A stretch of DNA of 62,168 nucleotides, counting the filler, from Choristocarpus tenellus KU-1152 (lineage: Eukaryota > Protista > Phaeophyceae): NCBI GenBank assembly GCA_964200185.2. It is 10 parts of 10 records of this genome, joined end to end, with 100 filler letters (N's around TTAATTAATTAA, not from the genome) between each part and the next. Parts side by side here need not be neighbours in the genome. Positions count along the whole stretch, not along the records: positions 37,445 to 42,441 come from CAXNAD020012234.1; positions 42,542 to 45,621 come from CAXNAD020022466.1; positions 45,722 to 55,310 come from CAXNAD020003553.1; 7 more parts are not named here. One strand, given 5' to 3'. The translations under genes and the position numbers were made by a program. Below, one piece after another: positions 39,067 through 51,180 of this stretch. The notes under the pieces were generated by a model, which worked only from the letters and a program-made list of their open reading frames with translations, did no database searches and was not told where the DNA came from. Numbering within the stretch: the stretch's first letter is position 1; each line of letters begins with the position of its first letter.

Positions 39067-40979
39067 CAACCCTGGCGCATCGATCACATACCAGGGGTGG
39101 TGATGACAGAAACACCTGCATCTCTTGCGTTAGGTACGCAAGACAGCGATGGATACGATGCCACTCCTTCTACCATCTTGAGGAGAGGATGGACCCCTAC
39201 CACCTGATCACCCAGGGCAGTTGAATTCAGTGAAGGTGGATTCTGTTTGGTAGAAAAAAACAGTGGTAAGCTTCTAATCTCAGTTGGAAACGCAAGTACG
39301 GTTGTGTCGCAATGCAGATGTCTTGTCACTCTGATATGTGCATTACTGCTACGCTGCTTGAGGAATCTGCAATATACTTTGAACTACAGGGTAGCGTCTG
39401 ATCTGCTTGGTAATTAATATCTTTCGAGGTGTATTTAGAACCATTACGTAATCGAAATGTAACCGTTCTGTATCTACCCTCGAACTTGGTAATTTGTTCC
39501 AAAATAGTAATAGTTCTGTGGCCGGTATATTTAAAAGGTTTAGCTAACTTTTTAGAAAGATACTGCCTTGGTCTACTGATTATCTCCCAATACAACACTA
39601 TGACTTAATTTGGCGATTGGATGTATGCTTGGAATTTTCTCAATTTTGTTTTGATAATCGAGCCTGCTAGGTCTGCCTGCCTCTCTATTACTCAAAGTGC
39701 AATGAATGTCAAGTGAACATGCAATACTTTTGAAGGTCTTTTGGAGAAGCTAAGAAACACGCAAGTCTTTCCACACTTGTTCCGGAGAAACCTGAACATG
39801 AAGGCGTGTGCATGCATGGGTAATACTCTGATTAAATATGACTTTCCCAACAGACAGGTCACTACCCTTTTCCCACGATACTCTGGAGTATCAAAGAAGA
39901 CTCCACCATACCACACTTAGGTGGAAGAGAGAGTAATTCTTAAAGGGTGTAACCCTTCAATGCATACAGGAATACATCTATTAATACCCTCATAGAATAC
40001 ACTCAACGTACCTCCTTGCCGTGCTGCTGGTAGCATCGAATTACCTTGTTCCCCCACTTTTGGCGGCGAGCGCTTGCCCTGCCCTTTCCCCGGCCCAGTC
40101 ACATGAATGGAAGGAGAAGAAGAGGTTAAGGCTGATTATGATATAGTATTGATATCGTATTGCAGGTCATGAACCGTTTAGCAGAAATGTATCATGGAAA
40201 AACTACCGAAGAAATATACGTATCATAGCTCCGGAGAAGGAAACTTGGCGGGGGTGATGGGTTGGGGTCTACAAAATTCCTCAAATATATCAACGTAACA
40301 CATCTCAATCATTCGTAATAGGTCGACCTCATCAATAATCAAGACAGTAAAGTACCCCAAAATGGCAACCAGCAGGAAATCAGAAGTCCCGGTGTTTAGT
40401 AGTTCTCAAAAGTACCACGCCCGATATTTCCACCGCTGCACTGGGTATTTCACTCACCCCACCACAATGAACCTTGTTGCCTCAAGAAAATCTCGAATGG
40501 CTTTACTGGGTGATGGAGGAGGTGGTAGGGGTGCTACAAGAGAAAAAACTGGCTCCCCCTTGACCATCACAGAGCCCATCAAGACTATGGCGATCGACAG
40601 TGCCTCGATGGCTGTCCACATATTCTTGCACCTACTCCACTCTGTCGTTTCCCTCACCCTCCACAATTTAGTTCAGTTTCTACTAACAAACTCTGAGATA
40701 AAATGTGTGATTGATATCGTTCTCAATAATTGTATCATGAAAGAGTTATCAAAACATCACCTTAACGACGTTTGTTCAAACAGATCCTGCAACAAGCGTA
40801 ACCAACCAAATCACACCTTGACACGCCGAGGTGTTAGCATAATTCTTAGTTACCAATGGCTTCAACTAGAGTTATTTAGGGTAAGTAGGACCATGTCCCA
40901 CGCCTTCCCAGAAAAATATTGACAAAAGTTCGATCACATTCCTTAATCAATAAAGGTTGAAAGAGGTAGGTCTACCTAC

Positions 40980-42420
40980 TTACTTACGGGAGAATGGGAA
41001 AAGAAGTTTCCTTTGAGTGTAGAGAAGCGCATTACCAAGCAAATGTGGAGCCCAACCAGGAATCGCTTGAGACTGACGTCGAAGCTCGTGTGGATAACCG
41101 AGAAAGAGTCCCACAAGGCTGTGAGCTGTACTTGTCCCAGCGCGAACAAAGCTTTGAGAGACAAGATCGAATCGGTATGCTCCCAAATTAGAAATCAAAT
41201 GGAATGGAGTGCGAATAAAGCTAGTAACAATACAGATGGACAGGAGGAGGAGAAAATGCTCCTCACAAGGAGTGCCAGGTAGTTGGACAATAGAGCGAAG
41301 GTATAGTTATTCCATATCATGCTCAGGAACAACATCAGACTGGTCTTTAATGGAGAAGATATTACTTTCCAGGAGCTCAATCATGGTTGCCCTCCTCTGT
41401 GAAAATCCCCATACTGGTTAAGATGGATCAGAAAATTGTCCTTCACGTCCTCATACAACCCATCAAATCCAGCTAGGGGAAACCCACACTCCCCCTAAGA
41501 ACCAACAACCTCTGCATTCGGTGCAGTATGTGGCCATCATTAATCCTCGTACACCCAAGATCAAGGCATACCAGCTTGTGGCACAACCTCGAAGCATCCT
41601 CATTGTTTAACTCCAAAAGCAACAGATGGCAGGCAGGAAAAGGCAAATTTTCTCCAATGCCCGGATACCTACTGCTAACTCCGGTCTCCTCCATTGCCTC
41701 TTCCCCCCTGTCTCATACTCCTCAAGTATCGAAGCTGCATCATCCCTCAAGACCCAAAGTATCTGGAAGGGGGGGCTGGGTCTACACCAAGGTATCCATT
41801 TGGGGCAAAATCAGGAAAAGTGCATTCACATTAACCATCCGACGTATGCAACCAAATCACCCAAAATCGCAACATGAAGAAATTGATCTCAAATGGACAG
41901 TCACCACCCCCTCCCAGATACTTTGAGCCTCAAACTGCTCATGTCTTCATCGTCCAACAGGGAAACTGTGGCACCAAGGTCGTCCTTATAAGTAAGGTCC
42001 TCGTCATCATCAATGTTCTGCTCATTCCAATCTGCTTAGGAATTTATGATCCGATGATGCACCTTCACACTGTCCGGCACAGCTCATGCTAGGAACCTTC
42101 TCCTTCTCTTGTACGAACTAAGCTTGCCCGCCGTCGCTAGGGCCTCCGATTTGGCTGTGGTTGGCAAGGGGCAACCTTGGAACCTCCCACCTCTCCCCCT
42201 GGTGCAACAGGGAGGGTAGGAAATGTTATTGTCATCCAAAGCAAATACTCAACCTACCCCTTTCGTTTCTTGGTCAAGTTTGTGATTTAGCTCGGAAGGG
42301 CTGGGTCCAACCTTCAACCACTTCGACTAAACACCCTCTGTCAGAGTCTGTCTCCCTAGCGTCAGAGCAAAATTTTGGATGAGGTGTTAAAGTATCCCCA
42401 AAATCATCAAAGAGGATAAA
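40980..42420 (-). pseudogene. Decayed coding remnant of unknown identity, interrupted by a family A MITE
   Basis: Overlapping minus-strand ORF pieces with few stops, an acidic low-complexity stretch, a Cys/His-containing segment, and a GTAAGT donor near 40980. Confidence 0.3.
41751..41929 (+). mobile_element. MITE family A, full length, TSD TCAA
   Basis: TCAA|GACCCAAAGTATCTGG...CCCAGATACTTTGAGCC|TCAA. Confidence 0.9.
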
Positions 42421-42575
42421 GGTGATAAACCCGGCGAGAGTNNNNNNNNNNNNNNNNNNNNNNNNNNNNNNNNNNNNNNNNNNNNTTAATTAATTAANNN
42501 NNNNNNNNNNNNNNNNNNNNNNNNNNNNNNNNNNNNNNNNNGCTCCGCCGTTGGCGCCCCCCCTCCCTAAAAAAA

Positions 42576-42608
<33 letters not shown>

Positions 42609-42873
42609 GAGCAAATCCGTATGTGTGTATGGGCAAAGGGACATTACAAGCAAGCAGCCGGAAAAAAACAACCAATTTTGGGAAAAATCAATGCGGATGT
42701 CGAAAGAGTTGCCAATCATCCAAGTACGCACATGGTCAACACGAGATAAGCAGGTGTGGTATGTACCTCAATCTACAAGCACCTGGAATACATCAACACA
42801 TGTCAAGTACTCCAGAGGTACAGAACCTTGAATGATATCTATGGTACCACAGCACGTGGACTCTTAGTAGTAC

Positions 42874-44577
42874 CTGCTCCCTGAACCAGGTCAGGCACAT
42901 ATGCATGCTCTGGTGTGTGTGTGCCCCGTCCAAGTACAGTGTCAGCTCTGGGAACTCCCTTGGTTGAACAACCTTGGAGTTTCGCCACAGGAAGAGTCCA
43001 GGGTGCAAAGGGTGACGGGTGGTAGATCATTGCATTCCGACTCAGGATCGGGCTTGGCAGAAAGAAACATGTCATAAAGCAGAAACGTCAAAGCCAGACT
43101 GGGCTGCACAGATATGGACAAGGAAAGACTCAGACTACGCACTGACTGGTACGCTGAACAAAGAGGTTCGATAGCTCTCAAGCTCGAATCCTACGTATTG
43201 AAGTGTGTGTGCAACAGCTCAGCCCTCTTCCAACGCGCCACACTGCAAGAGGTCTGTGTCCTTTCAATGTCCAGTTCCATCAACCCTACTACGCCTCTGT
43301 CACCTGGCATCGCCCTGGCCAAGCACACTCCCTGAGCCCATCATGCACATAGGGTGAGGACAAGAACCTCTCTCGATTCCGCAAGTATCGCTGGTTCCCT
43401 GGTTTGTCCCCAGACTTCTGGTTAGCCCTTCCCTCTACCTCATCCTCGCCCTCCCCTCCACCTGCTGCCGCCGTCGCTGCAGGCGTTATGAGCCATGCCC
43501 AGCAGAGCTCAAGAGCTAGAGCGGCGTTGTCACGCTGGTACTCACCCCGAAGGCCACAGACATAGGGGGCACCCTTTGAGTCAAGCAAGGGCAGTGGAGG
43601 CACCACAGTGAGGTGGGCACCGACATCCAATGCACACTGCTCCCCCGTGGTTGTCAGGCACAGTGCATGTTGCGGAGAGGTGTGGCATGAGAGGAGTGAG
43701 TCTTCTTGTGGCGTGCATTGTTTGTGCTGAGGCCACGTCTGTCTATATACAGACATGTATATATGATTCGAGTGCCATGATGTCTGGGTCTACAACAATA
43801 GGCTGGTGGGGAAGAAGAGAGGATAAGACAGAATCTACACTCACACAAGGGTGGAGTAGACAGCAGCTCAGATAGATAGCTCTTTCTACACACAAGGAGA
43901 CAAACCCAACAGGTGCAGTATGGGAAAGGCAATGGAATGGCAGATGCAGGGACACGGTGGAGGAGAGTACAGGTGAAAAGGTCATCGGGGGAAGGACAGT
44001 CGAGAGGGGGATATGTTGGAGACTTTACACGCGCAACAGTAAAAAAAAAGTGGATACTTCTTTATGGATAGGCGTCCCTTCTTGCATGTAGAGTATATTG
44101 GGTTCCAAATCGACCAGCACCTCAAGTTGCCCATGCACCCGCCATCACTCCTTTAGCCTACTTGATCTGCACCAGAATGAAAATGACAGAAAATACGTAT
44201 ACCAAGTAGCGCACAACAGACAAGGAGGCCGGAAGCCCCTCCCTCTCCCCCTTCTCCTTCCTTCCCCCATACCCATTGAAGGGTGCAACACAAAAAAGAG
44301 TGTACACCTAACACACCTAACACACCTAACACACACACAACACACACACCACTGTTGCTGCAACCCACTTTCGTACTCCAAAAGCAAAGGAAACAACGCC
44401 TTTCAGATACAAGGAGGCGTTCAATTTCTAATACGGCCGTCTCTTGGTTGTATGTCTTCTGACCTGTTGGAGCACACCCATCCCACCCCTTGGCTGTTCG
44501 ACTGTTAGCGCAGCACCCCCTCGCTTGAATATGCCCCCCTTCTCCCACGCAATGCTCTCCAGGGAATCTCCCAAGAT
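42874..44577 (-). CDS. FPGS: Folylpolyglutamate synthase (FolC/FPGS family), three internal exons
   Basis: Phase-0 GT-AG exons: 44577-44464 (ILGDSLESIAWEKGGIFK), 43636-43304 (GLRGEYQRDNAALA; WPGRCQ), 42972-42874 (LYLDGAHT). All are diagnostic FolC/FPGS motifs in the correct order. Confidence 0.92.
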
Positions 44578-47380
44578 CTGTAGGCAAGCAAGGGTCGCAT
44601 GGCTGCAGGGCATGAGATTAAGGCACTGGTAGTTATCAAGGGTGGTGAGTGAAGGGCTGGAAGGTTGTAGTACAATAAAAAAACGAAACTTAAGTGTACT
44701 GTGAACCATTCCAAAAAAGGCGAACCACTTCGAAGCACCATACAATTATATATATATATATACATATACCCTAACCCTAACCCTAACCCTAAATATATAT
44801 ATATATATACTCTGGAGTAGTAACTCGGCTGAGTTGAAAGCAAAACGGTACGGAAATTTACTCCAGCTAAATACCTCCAAACTGTAGTATTGTTAGCAGA
44901 AATACTATAGGAAGAGGAGGAGGAGGAGGAGGAGGAGGAGGAGGAGGAGGAGGACACTTCTTGTTTGGAGGAGGCCCGCCACTCGATCAAGATCAAAATC
45001 CCACAAGAAGCACGGCATTCACTCAATTAAAAAAAAGAAAAAAGAATGAGCAAACCAAAGGGTAGGGCCAAAACACCCGTCGCTTGAACTCTGACCAATC
45101 AAAAGGCTGCGCTAGAATCGATATCAAGGCACAAGGATCAATCAAAAGGGAGAGGCCTCCAGTCGATCTGCTCAGTTGTTTTTCGAGAAGAACACCCACA
45201 TATATCTGAGCGAGATCAGTTGAGGGGTGGCCTAGGTATTTGAGTCTACATTTTGGGGGCGTTACTTCCCAAGGATGAGCTGGGGGAGTTTCTTCTGGGG
45301 GATGTTGCCAAGTTGATGTCAAGTTGATGTCATGGTTCAGGGGTGACAGCCTGAGTAGTTTACAGCAATGATCCCAACAAGGAAAGGAGGTGGTGGCCGT
45401 GGTCCACCATCAAGTGTTGTAACATATTTTTGTTGATGACAGGAGTGCTGTTGGACCTGGGTTAGGGTTAGGGTTAGGGTATCAACTGGCTGCACAAGCA
45501 CCGAGGCTACTGATCAAAGTGAGGTGAAGACACAGCGCAACTGTTAATACTCTGGGTAAGGGGAAGTTGCAATTCCCACCTCACATAGGGGTCAAAGTAT
45601 CTGGGGGGGGGGGGGGGGCGGNNNNNNNNNNNNNNNNNNNNNNNNNNNNNNNNNNNNNNNNNNNNTTAATTAATTAANNNNNNNNNNNNNNNNNNNNNNN
45701 NNNNNNNNNNNNNNNNNNNNNCCCCCCCAGATACTTTGGGTCAACTACCGTGTTGACATATAATGACATATAAGACATTTTAGATAGTGAATTACCCTTT
45801 GTGCAAACGCCCTAACAATGAAAAACAATATGACCTAACTCTGCAAAAGGTGTACATCAATGCACACCTGGATTAGATATTTCCGAGTTAATTCATTCAC
45901 AACTTCCTTTACAAGGTAACAAGCCTCTACTCGGACTATGCAACAATATACTGGACTACGGCACTGAATAGTGCTGTACTGTACACTATCAACAAGTCTC
46001 TCCGCAGAGCACAACATCAGAATTATCGCATTGAATTCCAACAGTACTTCAGTGCACTGGGTCACCTCTTCGCAATACAAGGCTTCAAGCCTCTACATAG
46101 AGCTCTTTAGCAGAACCAACGATTGATCCAATTCAAGGTATTGACAGAGTCTGTGTTGTTGTGTCCTCCTGTTTCCGAGCTGGGACCAGCCCCATAGTCA
46201 TCATGAGCTGATCGAAAGTCTACATGTTGGCTAATATGGGAGGAGGGTATGTGTGAGGATTTGGATGTTTTGTTGGACACAGGTACGTTGACAGTGGTGC
46301 AGATGTATCCACGGGACTTGAGGCTATTGGTTCTAAGTGGATACTCAAGTGGAAGAATAAATATATTGGAGTGTTTAACGGGGCTAAGACAAGACTAATG
46401 CTCAGGATTTGGGCCAGGAGTATGGCCTTGATTACTTCGAGACCTCTTCCCCCACACCTTCCACCTCATTGATTTGGCTGATGGTCAGTATGGCACGTGA
46501 ATTGGATCTGCGAATGTGGTACCTAGATGCAGAGCAGGCCTTTATCCAATCTGACTGGGATGAAGAGGTGCCCAAGTGCCTCTGACAGGGATGCGGAAAT
46601 TCTCTCCTATAAGACCGCACTCCTCCACAGGTCCCTGTGTGGCTTGAAGCAAGTCACTAGGACTTGGGTAAACGTTCACACAAACTCTGAATGTAGTTAG
46701 TCTGGGTGATGGAGAAGATACCAAGCTTCCACTCTCTAATGTATTCAACTAGATGGCTGATACAATAAGCCAAGCTTCTTGGTGGGGAACTCTGCATTCA
46801 TGGAGGCACAGAGATCATTACAATCACCACCAGAAACCAAAATCTTCATGCCACCTATATGAACTGCAAGGACTATCTTGAAAACACCATTCCTTCTGAA
46901 TCCGAGGATACAAGGGTCAATCAGGCACTGCTCAAAACCATTACCCACGAAATAAAGAGTCCCATCCTTGCTGCCCCTTCTAGAAAGCTCAGGATGCGAT
47001 AGGAAGACGATATTTTGGGGGATTACCGAGAGGCGGTTAGGATTGATATGGGACCGCAACACGACAGGCCAGATATGGTTATTTCAGTGGGAGCTGTAGC
47101 CTGTCATTTGCATTCTCTCGGCCATGTGTACAGGAGAGCAGTGACCCAGATCCTCAAGTACCTCAAGGGGACACATGAGTGGGGCCTGACCTACCAGAAA
47201 GGAGCAGGACTGGACTTGGTTCCCTACGCTGATGCTGACTTCGTCAACAAGGCATTATGTAGACATTCTGTATCAGGAGAGGTAGTGATAGAGCGGTACC
47301 TGACTTTCTAGGACCCAGCGTGTCATTGTGTAGTCCACTGCAGATGCAGAGTACATGGTCGTGGGAGAGTGTGTGAAGGG

Positions 47381-47654
47381 GAACCCAGAGCATTTAAGAG
47401 GGTAGGGGCGCGTTCGTTTGGGGTCATAAATCCAATGTTGGGATTTTGATTGATTTTGACTATACTGTTAGTTAGAAAGTGTCAATTATGCTTGCTCCGG
47501 ACACACTTTTCATAGTCCTACTACACATTATCCCTACTCCGTAATCCAGAATGTCCACACAGAAAACCGAAGAAGGGTATAAAACCCTGTGGAAAGCCAA
47601 ACTCCGAATGGGCAAACAGGGCAAATCTCCTACCTTTTTTCAATGCTTTGGCGC
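47381..47654 (+). mobile_element. Diverged family B-like MITE inside Copia RNase H
   Basis: AGAGGGTAG..GCGTTCGTTTGGGG..AAATCCAATGTTG and GGCAAACAGGGCAAA are colinear with family B. Confidence 0.7.
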
Positions 47655-47856
47655 GGGGTAGTTGCGTTTTTGAGGGGTGTCTTAGAATTTGTACGACCTG
47701 ATATGATTGGCGTTTGCTACAAGGTTTTATGAGGAGTATATGGGGGGCATCCATTTGGTAAACAATCCCCTGAGTTCAGGCAGGACCAAGCACATTGATG
47801 CCCACCATCACTTTCTGAGGGACTTGATAGCAAATGATCAGATACGGAATATCGGT

Positions 47857-48041
47857 GACCCAAAGTATCTGGGGGGGGGGGGGGGGGGGGTCTACACCAG
47901 AGTGTCCATTTGAACCAAAACCAGGAAAAGTGCACTTTCATTATTCATCCAACGTATGAAACCAAATCACCCAAAAATCGCGACATGCAAAAATTGCCCC
48001 CAATTGGACAGTCGCTACCCCCCCCCCAGATACATTTGCCC
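47857..48041 (+). mobile_element. MITE family A, full length, TSD CGGT
   Basis: Removing the element and one CGGT restores the Copia RNase H frame IRNIG-VTSGEQHADML. Confidence 0.92.
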
Positions 48042-48256
48042 CGGTGTGACATCAGGTGAGCAGCATGCAGATATGCTGATTAAGCCTCTTTGCAGACGAA
48101 GCTCTTAGGAGACATGCAACTTTTTTCTGAACTTAGAGAACTATGTGTAGTAGTTATTTCTTGGTGTGGATTTGAGTTCTTCGTATTTGTTTGGATTCAC
48201 TCTTCGGCGAGTTGGGTACCTACTTGTTGGAATGACCCTGATAGATTTGCTAAGAC

Positions 48257-48516
48257 GAGCCAAAGAATCTTAGAGGGTAGAGCCGCATCCATTTGGGGGC
48301 CCAAATCCAATGTTGTGGTTTTGATTAAATTTTGGCTATCGTGTTTGTTAGGAAGTATCAATGTCCATGTTCTGGACACACCTTTTCATAGCGTATACAC
48401 TTTACCTACTCCTGAACATATTGGAGTAGGAAAATATCATAAAACAACCGCATGGGAAGCCAAGCCCCAAATGGACAAAAAAGGAAAAAATCGTACCCTC
48501 TAAGATACTTTCACTC
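48257..48516 (+). mobile_element. MITE family B, full length (260 bp), TSD AGAC
   Basis: AGAC|GAGCCAAAGAATCTTAGAGGG...CCCTCTAAGATACTTTCACTC|AGAC. Confidence 0.92.
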
Positions 48517-50320
48517 AGACGCAAAATTGTACCTAGTGATCGCTCAGGTGTTTGAACTAGGGAGAGGACTCGATTAGACTCTTCCAACTCTAATGAAGAG
48601 TTCTGTTATAATGCATATGGAGTCAGAGCAGAACTGTTAGTGGATAGTAGGATCAGAACTATTTCGCATATATAAGGAAGTTTTACATATCTCAGGGGAT
48701 ACTGCATACCCTACCCTACCTTAAGCAATCACCCTGCACAACATTCGGTAATATACCTGTTTCTATCACTCAAATCTTTCATGAGGCGGGCGATACTTCA
48801 ACACCGCTACCTGAGCAAAAACAAATTTGCAACCCAATTGTTTCTGGATCTTCAAATATAAACCTGCAGCAAATATTTCCTGAGTAAGATCAACTTACCA
48901 AGTTGTGGATATGTAGGGGACAAGCATGGCCGCTTTTACGAAAAGATGGAGGTAGAGCATACCAGTAAGGCACGTGAAGGTTTGATACACCTGAAGACGA
49001 CTGGCGAGTACCTGATCACCCCACCGCGCCGTGTAACCGTTTCAATGGATTGTGCACCTTTGCACACTGCACAACTGTGTCGAGGAGGTCCCAGTGCGCA
49101 CCCAGTCCAACAATGGATACTATACATTGCCACGTACTTGAAGTACATTATTCAGCTTCTAATGTGCACATTAAATAATATCTTCTATATAACCAAGTTC
49201 ATGTGTGCCCACTTGCCCTTGATCTTTTTGTGCTGCCTGCTACCACCACCTGCACCATCTTCCATCATACTCCCCTTCCACGACTCCTACCAACAAGAGG
49301 AGTGGAGAGGTATGGGAATTAGAGGGAGTGTTGCTTCTACCAATTCCCTCTTTTGCATAATCGGAATGGTGAATCGTGAACTCCCAAATCAATGGTACCA
49401 GCACGTTCAACTACTCCCATGTTCTCTTGCTCTGTTTGCGCTGTCAGTTGTTTTCATTTTGAAGGGGGTGTTGTGTTGAAGGGATTGTGCCACTCCTTTT
49501 CCTGGTCGCCAAGACACGGTGCCTTTACATGTCGAGTGACATGTAGACATAATCTTGGCCTGTGTTCACTGAATTTCGGTGTTGAGAGACTCCAAACAAC
49601 AGCAACGGTATGGGAGCTAGACGAAGTCTCTCGCTCTTGCCAATACCCTCTTTACAAGCTCGGAATCGTGAACCGTGAACCCCCAAGTATGAACAGTACC
49701 ACCAGGTTGTTCCTCTCAGGCTCAACCACTTTCTCTCTTCTCTTGTTTTGTTTCTGCAGTCAGTTGACAAGTTTCTCCCTTCAGGAAACAAGAACAAATA
49801 TATTGAACAGAGTGTTGTGTCCTTGAGGTCACCCTACTTCTTCCTTTGCTTAGTCGCTGAGTATCCATCTACTTCTAGTTGAGATCTGTGAGGAGGTTAC
49901 GATACATATTATTTATATATTTCAAAATGTTAATTCTGTTCCATACAAGTTGAGGGAGGTGATACAGCAATCCTTTCTGTGGTAATGTTTATTGTATTCT
50001 TTACATGTTCTTTCCTCTCCTCTGGCCTCTATTGTTTTATCAACTCTTGTTGTCTTCTCCCCGTCGGATTTCTTGCTTGGCCTATCGGACAATTCCTCCA
50101 ATATGTCACGACGTCAATAACATATATACATAAATATTTGAACCTTAACATGTTTGCGGTAGAGAGTTTCAGGCGTCCTAGCACACAGGCTGAGCTATTT
50201 CTAGATGAGAAAACGACTCGTCACATAGTAGGAGGTGGGGAGGCAGGGGTTCTACAGAAGAGCTGTAAAACCACATGTGAGATATATTGTTTTAGCGATT
50301 GCTCACTGATTCTTGTGTTT

Positions 50321-50860
50321 CAAATTAGAGGGGTACAGGTCAACGGGCTAGGAGGGACTTGATGGATTCGTGAGATTCTTCCCTTGAAATTTCACCCCCC
50401 TTGTGCATAGAGTCAGTTTAGGAGTTGCTTTTGGTTGTTTTCTTTGTTTTTTACACATATGCACTACCTCTCTGTGTAATTGGCATTACTGATATATGAC
50501 CATTCGTTTCTATTGTCGTTTTGTGTTTGTTGTGTTCCTTGCATATCTCATCATGTTGTAAGAGGGTAGGGGACAGAGCCTTTCAATACAAGAGAGCTGA
50601 AAAATCATATATAAAGGACATTGTTTCAGTATCCGCCCAACTGGCAACCTCAAGGTTAGTTTTGTTCTTCAAATTAGAGTACAAGTCAATGGATAGGAGG
50701 ACTTGACAGTTTCGTGGGTTCTTGGAAAATTCTCGCCCCCTTCCTCATAGAGTCAGTCAGTTTTGGAGTTGCTTTTGGTTCTTGTCTGTAGTTCTGCTTT
50801 TGTATACACTACCTCTCCCTCTCTCTGTTGTATTGGTGTTTCTGGTATATACTGAATATA
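50321..50860. repeat. Diverged ~350-bp-period tandem duplication
   Basis: CAAATTAGAG..TACA.GTCAA.GG.TAGGAGG.ACTTGA and CATAGAGTCAG..GGAGTTGCTTTTGGTT occur at ~50321-50440 and ~50670-50785. Confidence 0.7.
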
Positions 50861-51180
50861 TATAATATCCCCCCATCTCCAGAGATTTTTTCCCTACTGT
50901 CTCTAAATTGAGGACCCAAACTACATGTGAAGAGTGTGTATTATTTGTTCTATCACGTTGTAACAATCTTTGTGTATTATCAGTTGTGTCCTCGCTCTAT
51001 CTGACTCCTACATACGTGTGTACACAATTTCGTGCTGTATCTATTGCTAATCATCACCCAATTTCGTGTTCCTCGTGAGAAGTGTGAGGATATCTCATTT
51101 CTCGAACGGGCGTTTGCTAAGTTACGTGAGCGAGCGAAAATTAAGTGAGAGCTTGAACACAGTGCTGTTAGGCGACGTGT

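Larger units (their letters stand above)
46210..48140 (+). mobile_element. Degenerate Ty1/Copia pol (RT-RNase H) with an internal inversion and two nested MITEs
   Basis: Plus strand: IGSKWILKWK, GLDYFET, LDAEQAFIQ; later RPD, ILKYLKGT, YADADF, STADAEY, RTKHID, QHADMLIKPL. The central RT part (GFEQCLIDPC...LAVH) is on the minus strand at ~46750-46955. Confidence 0.9.
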
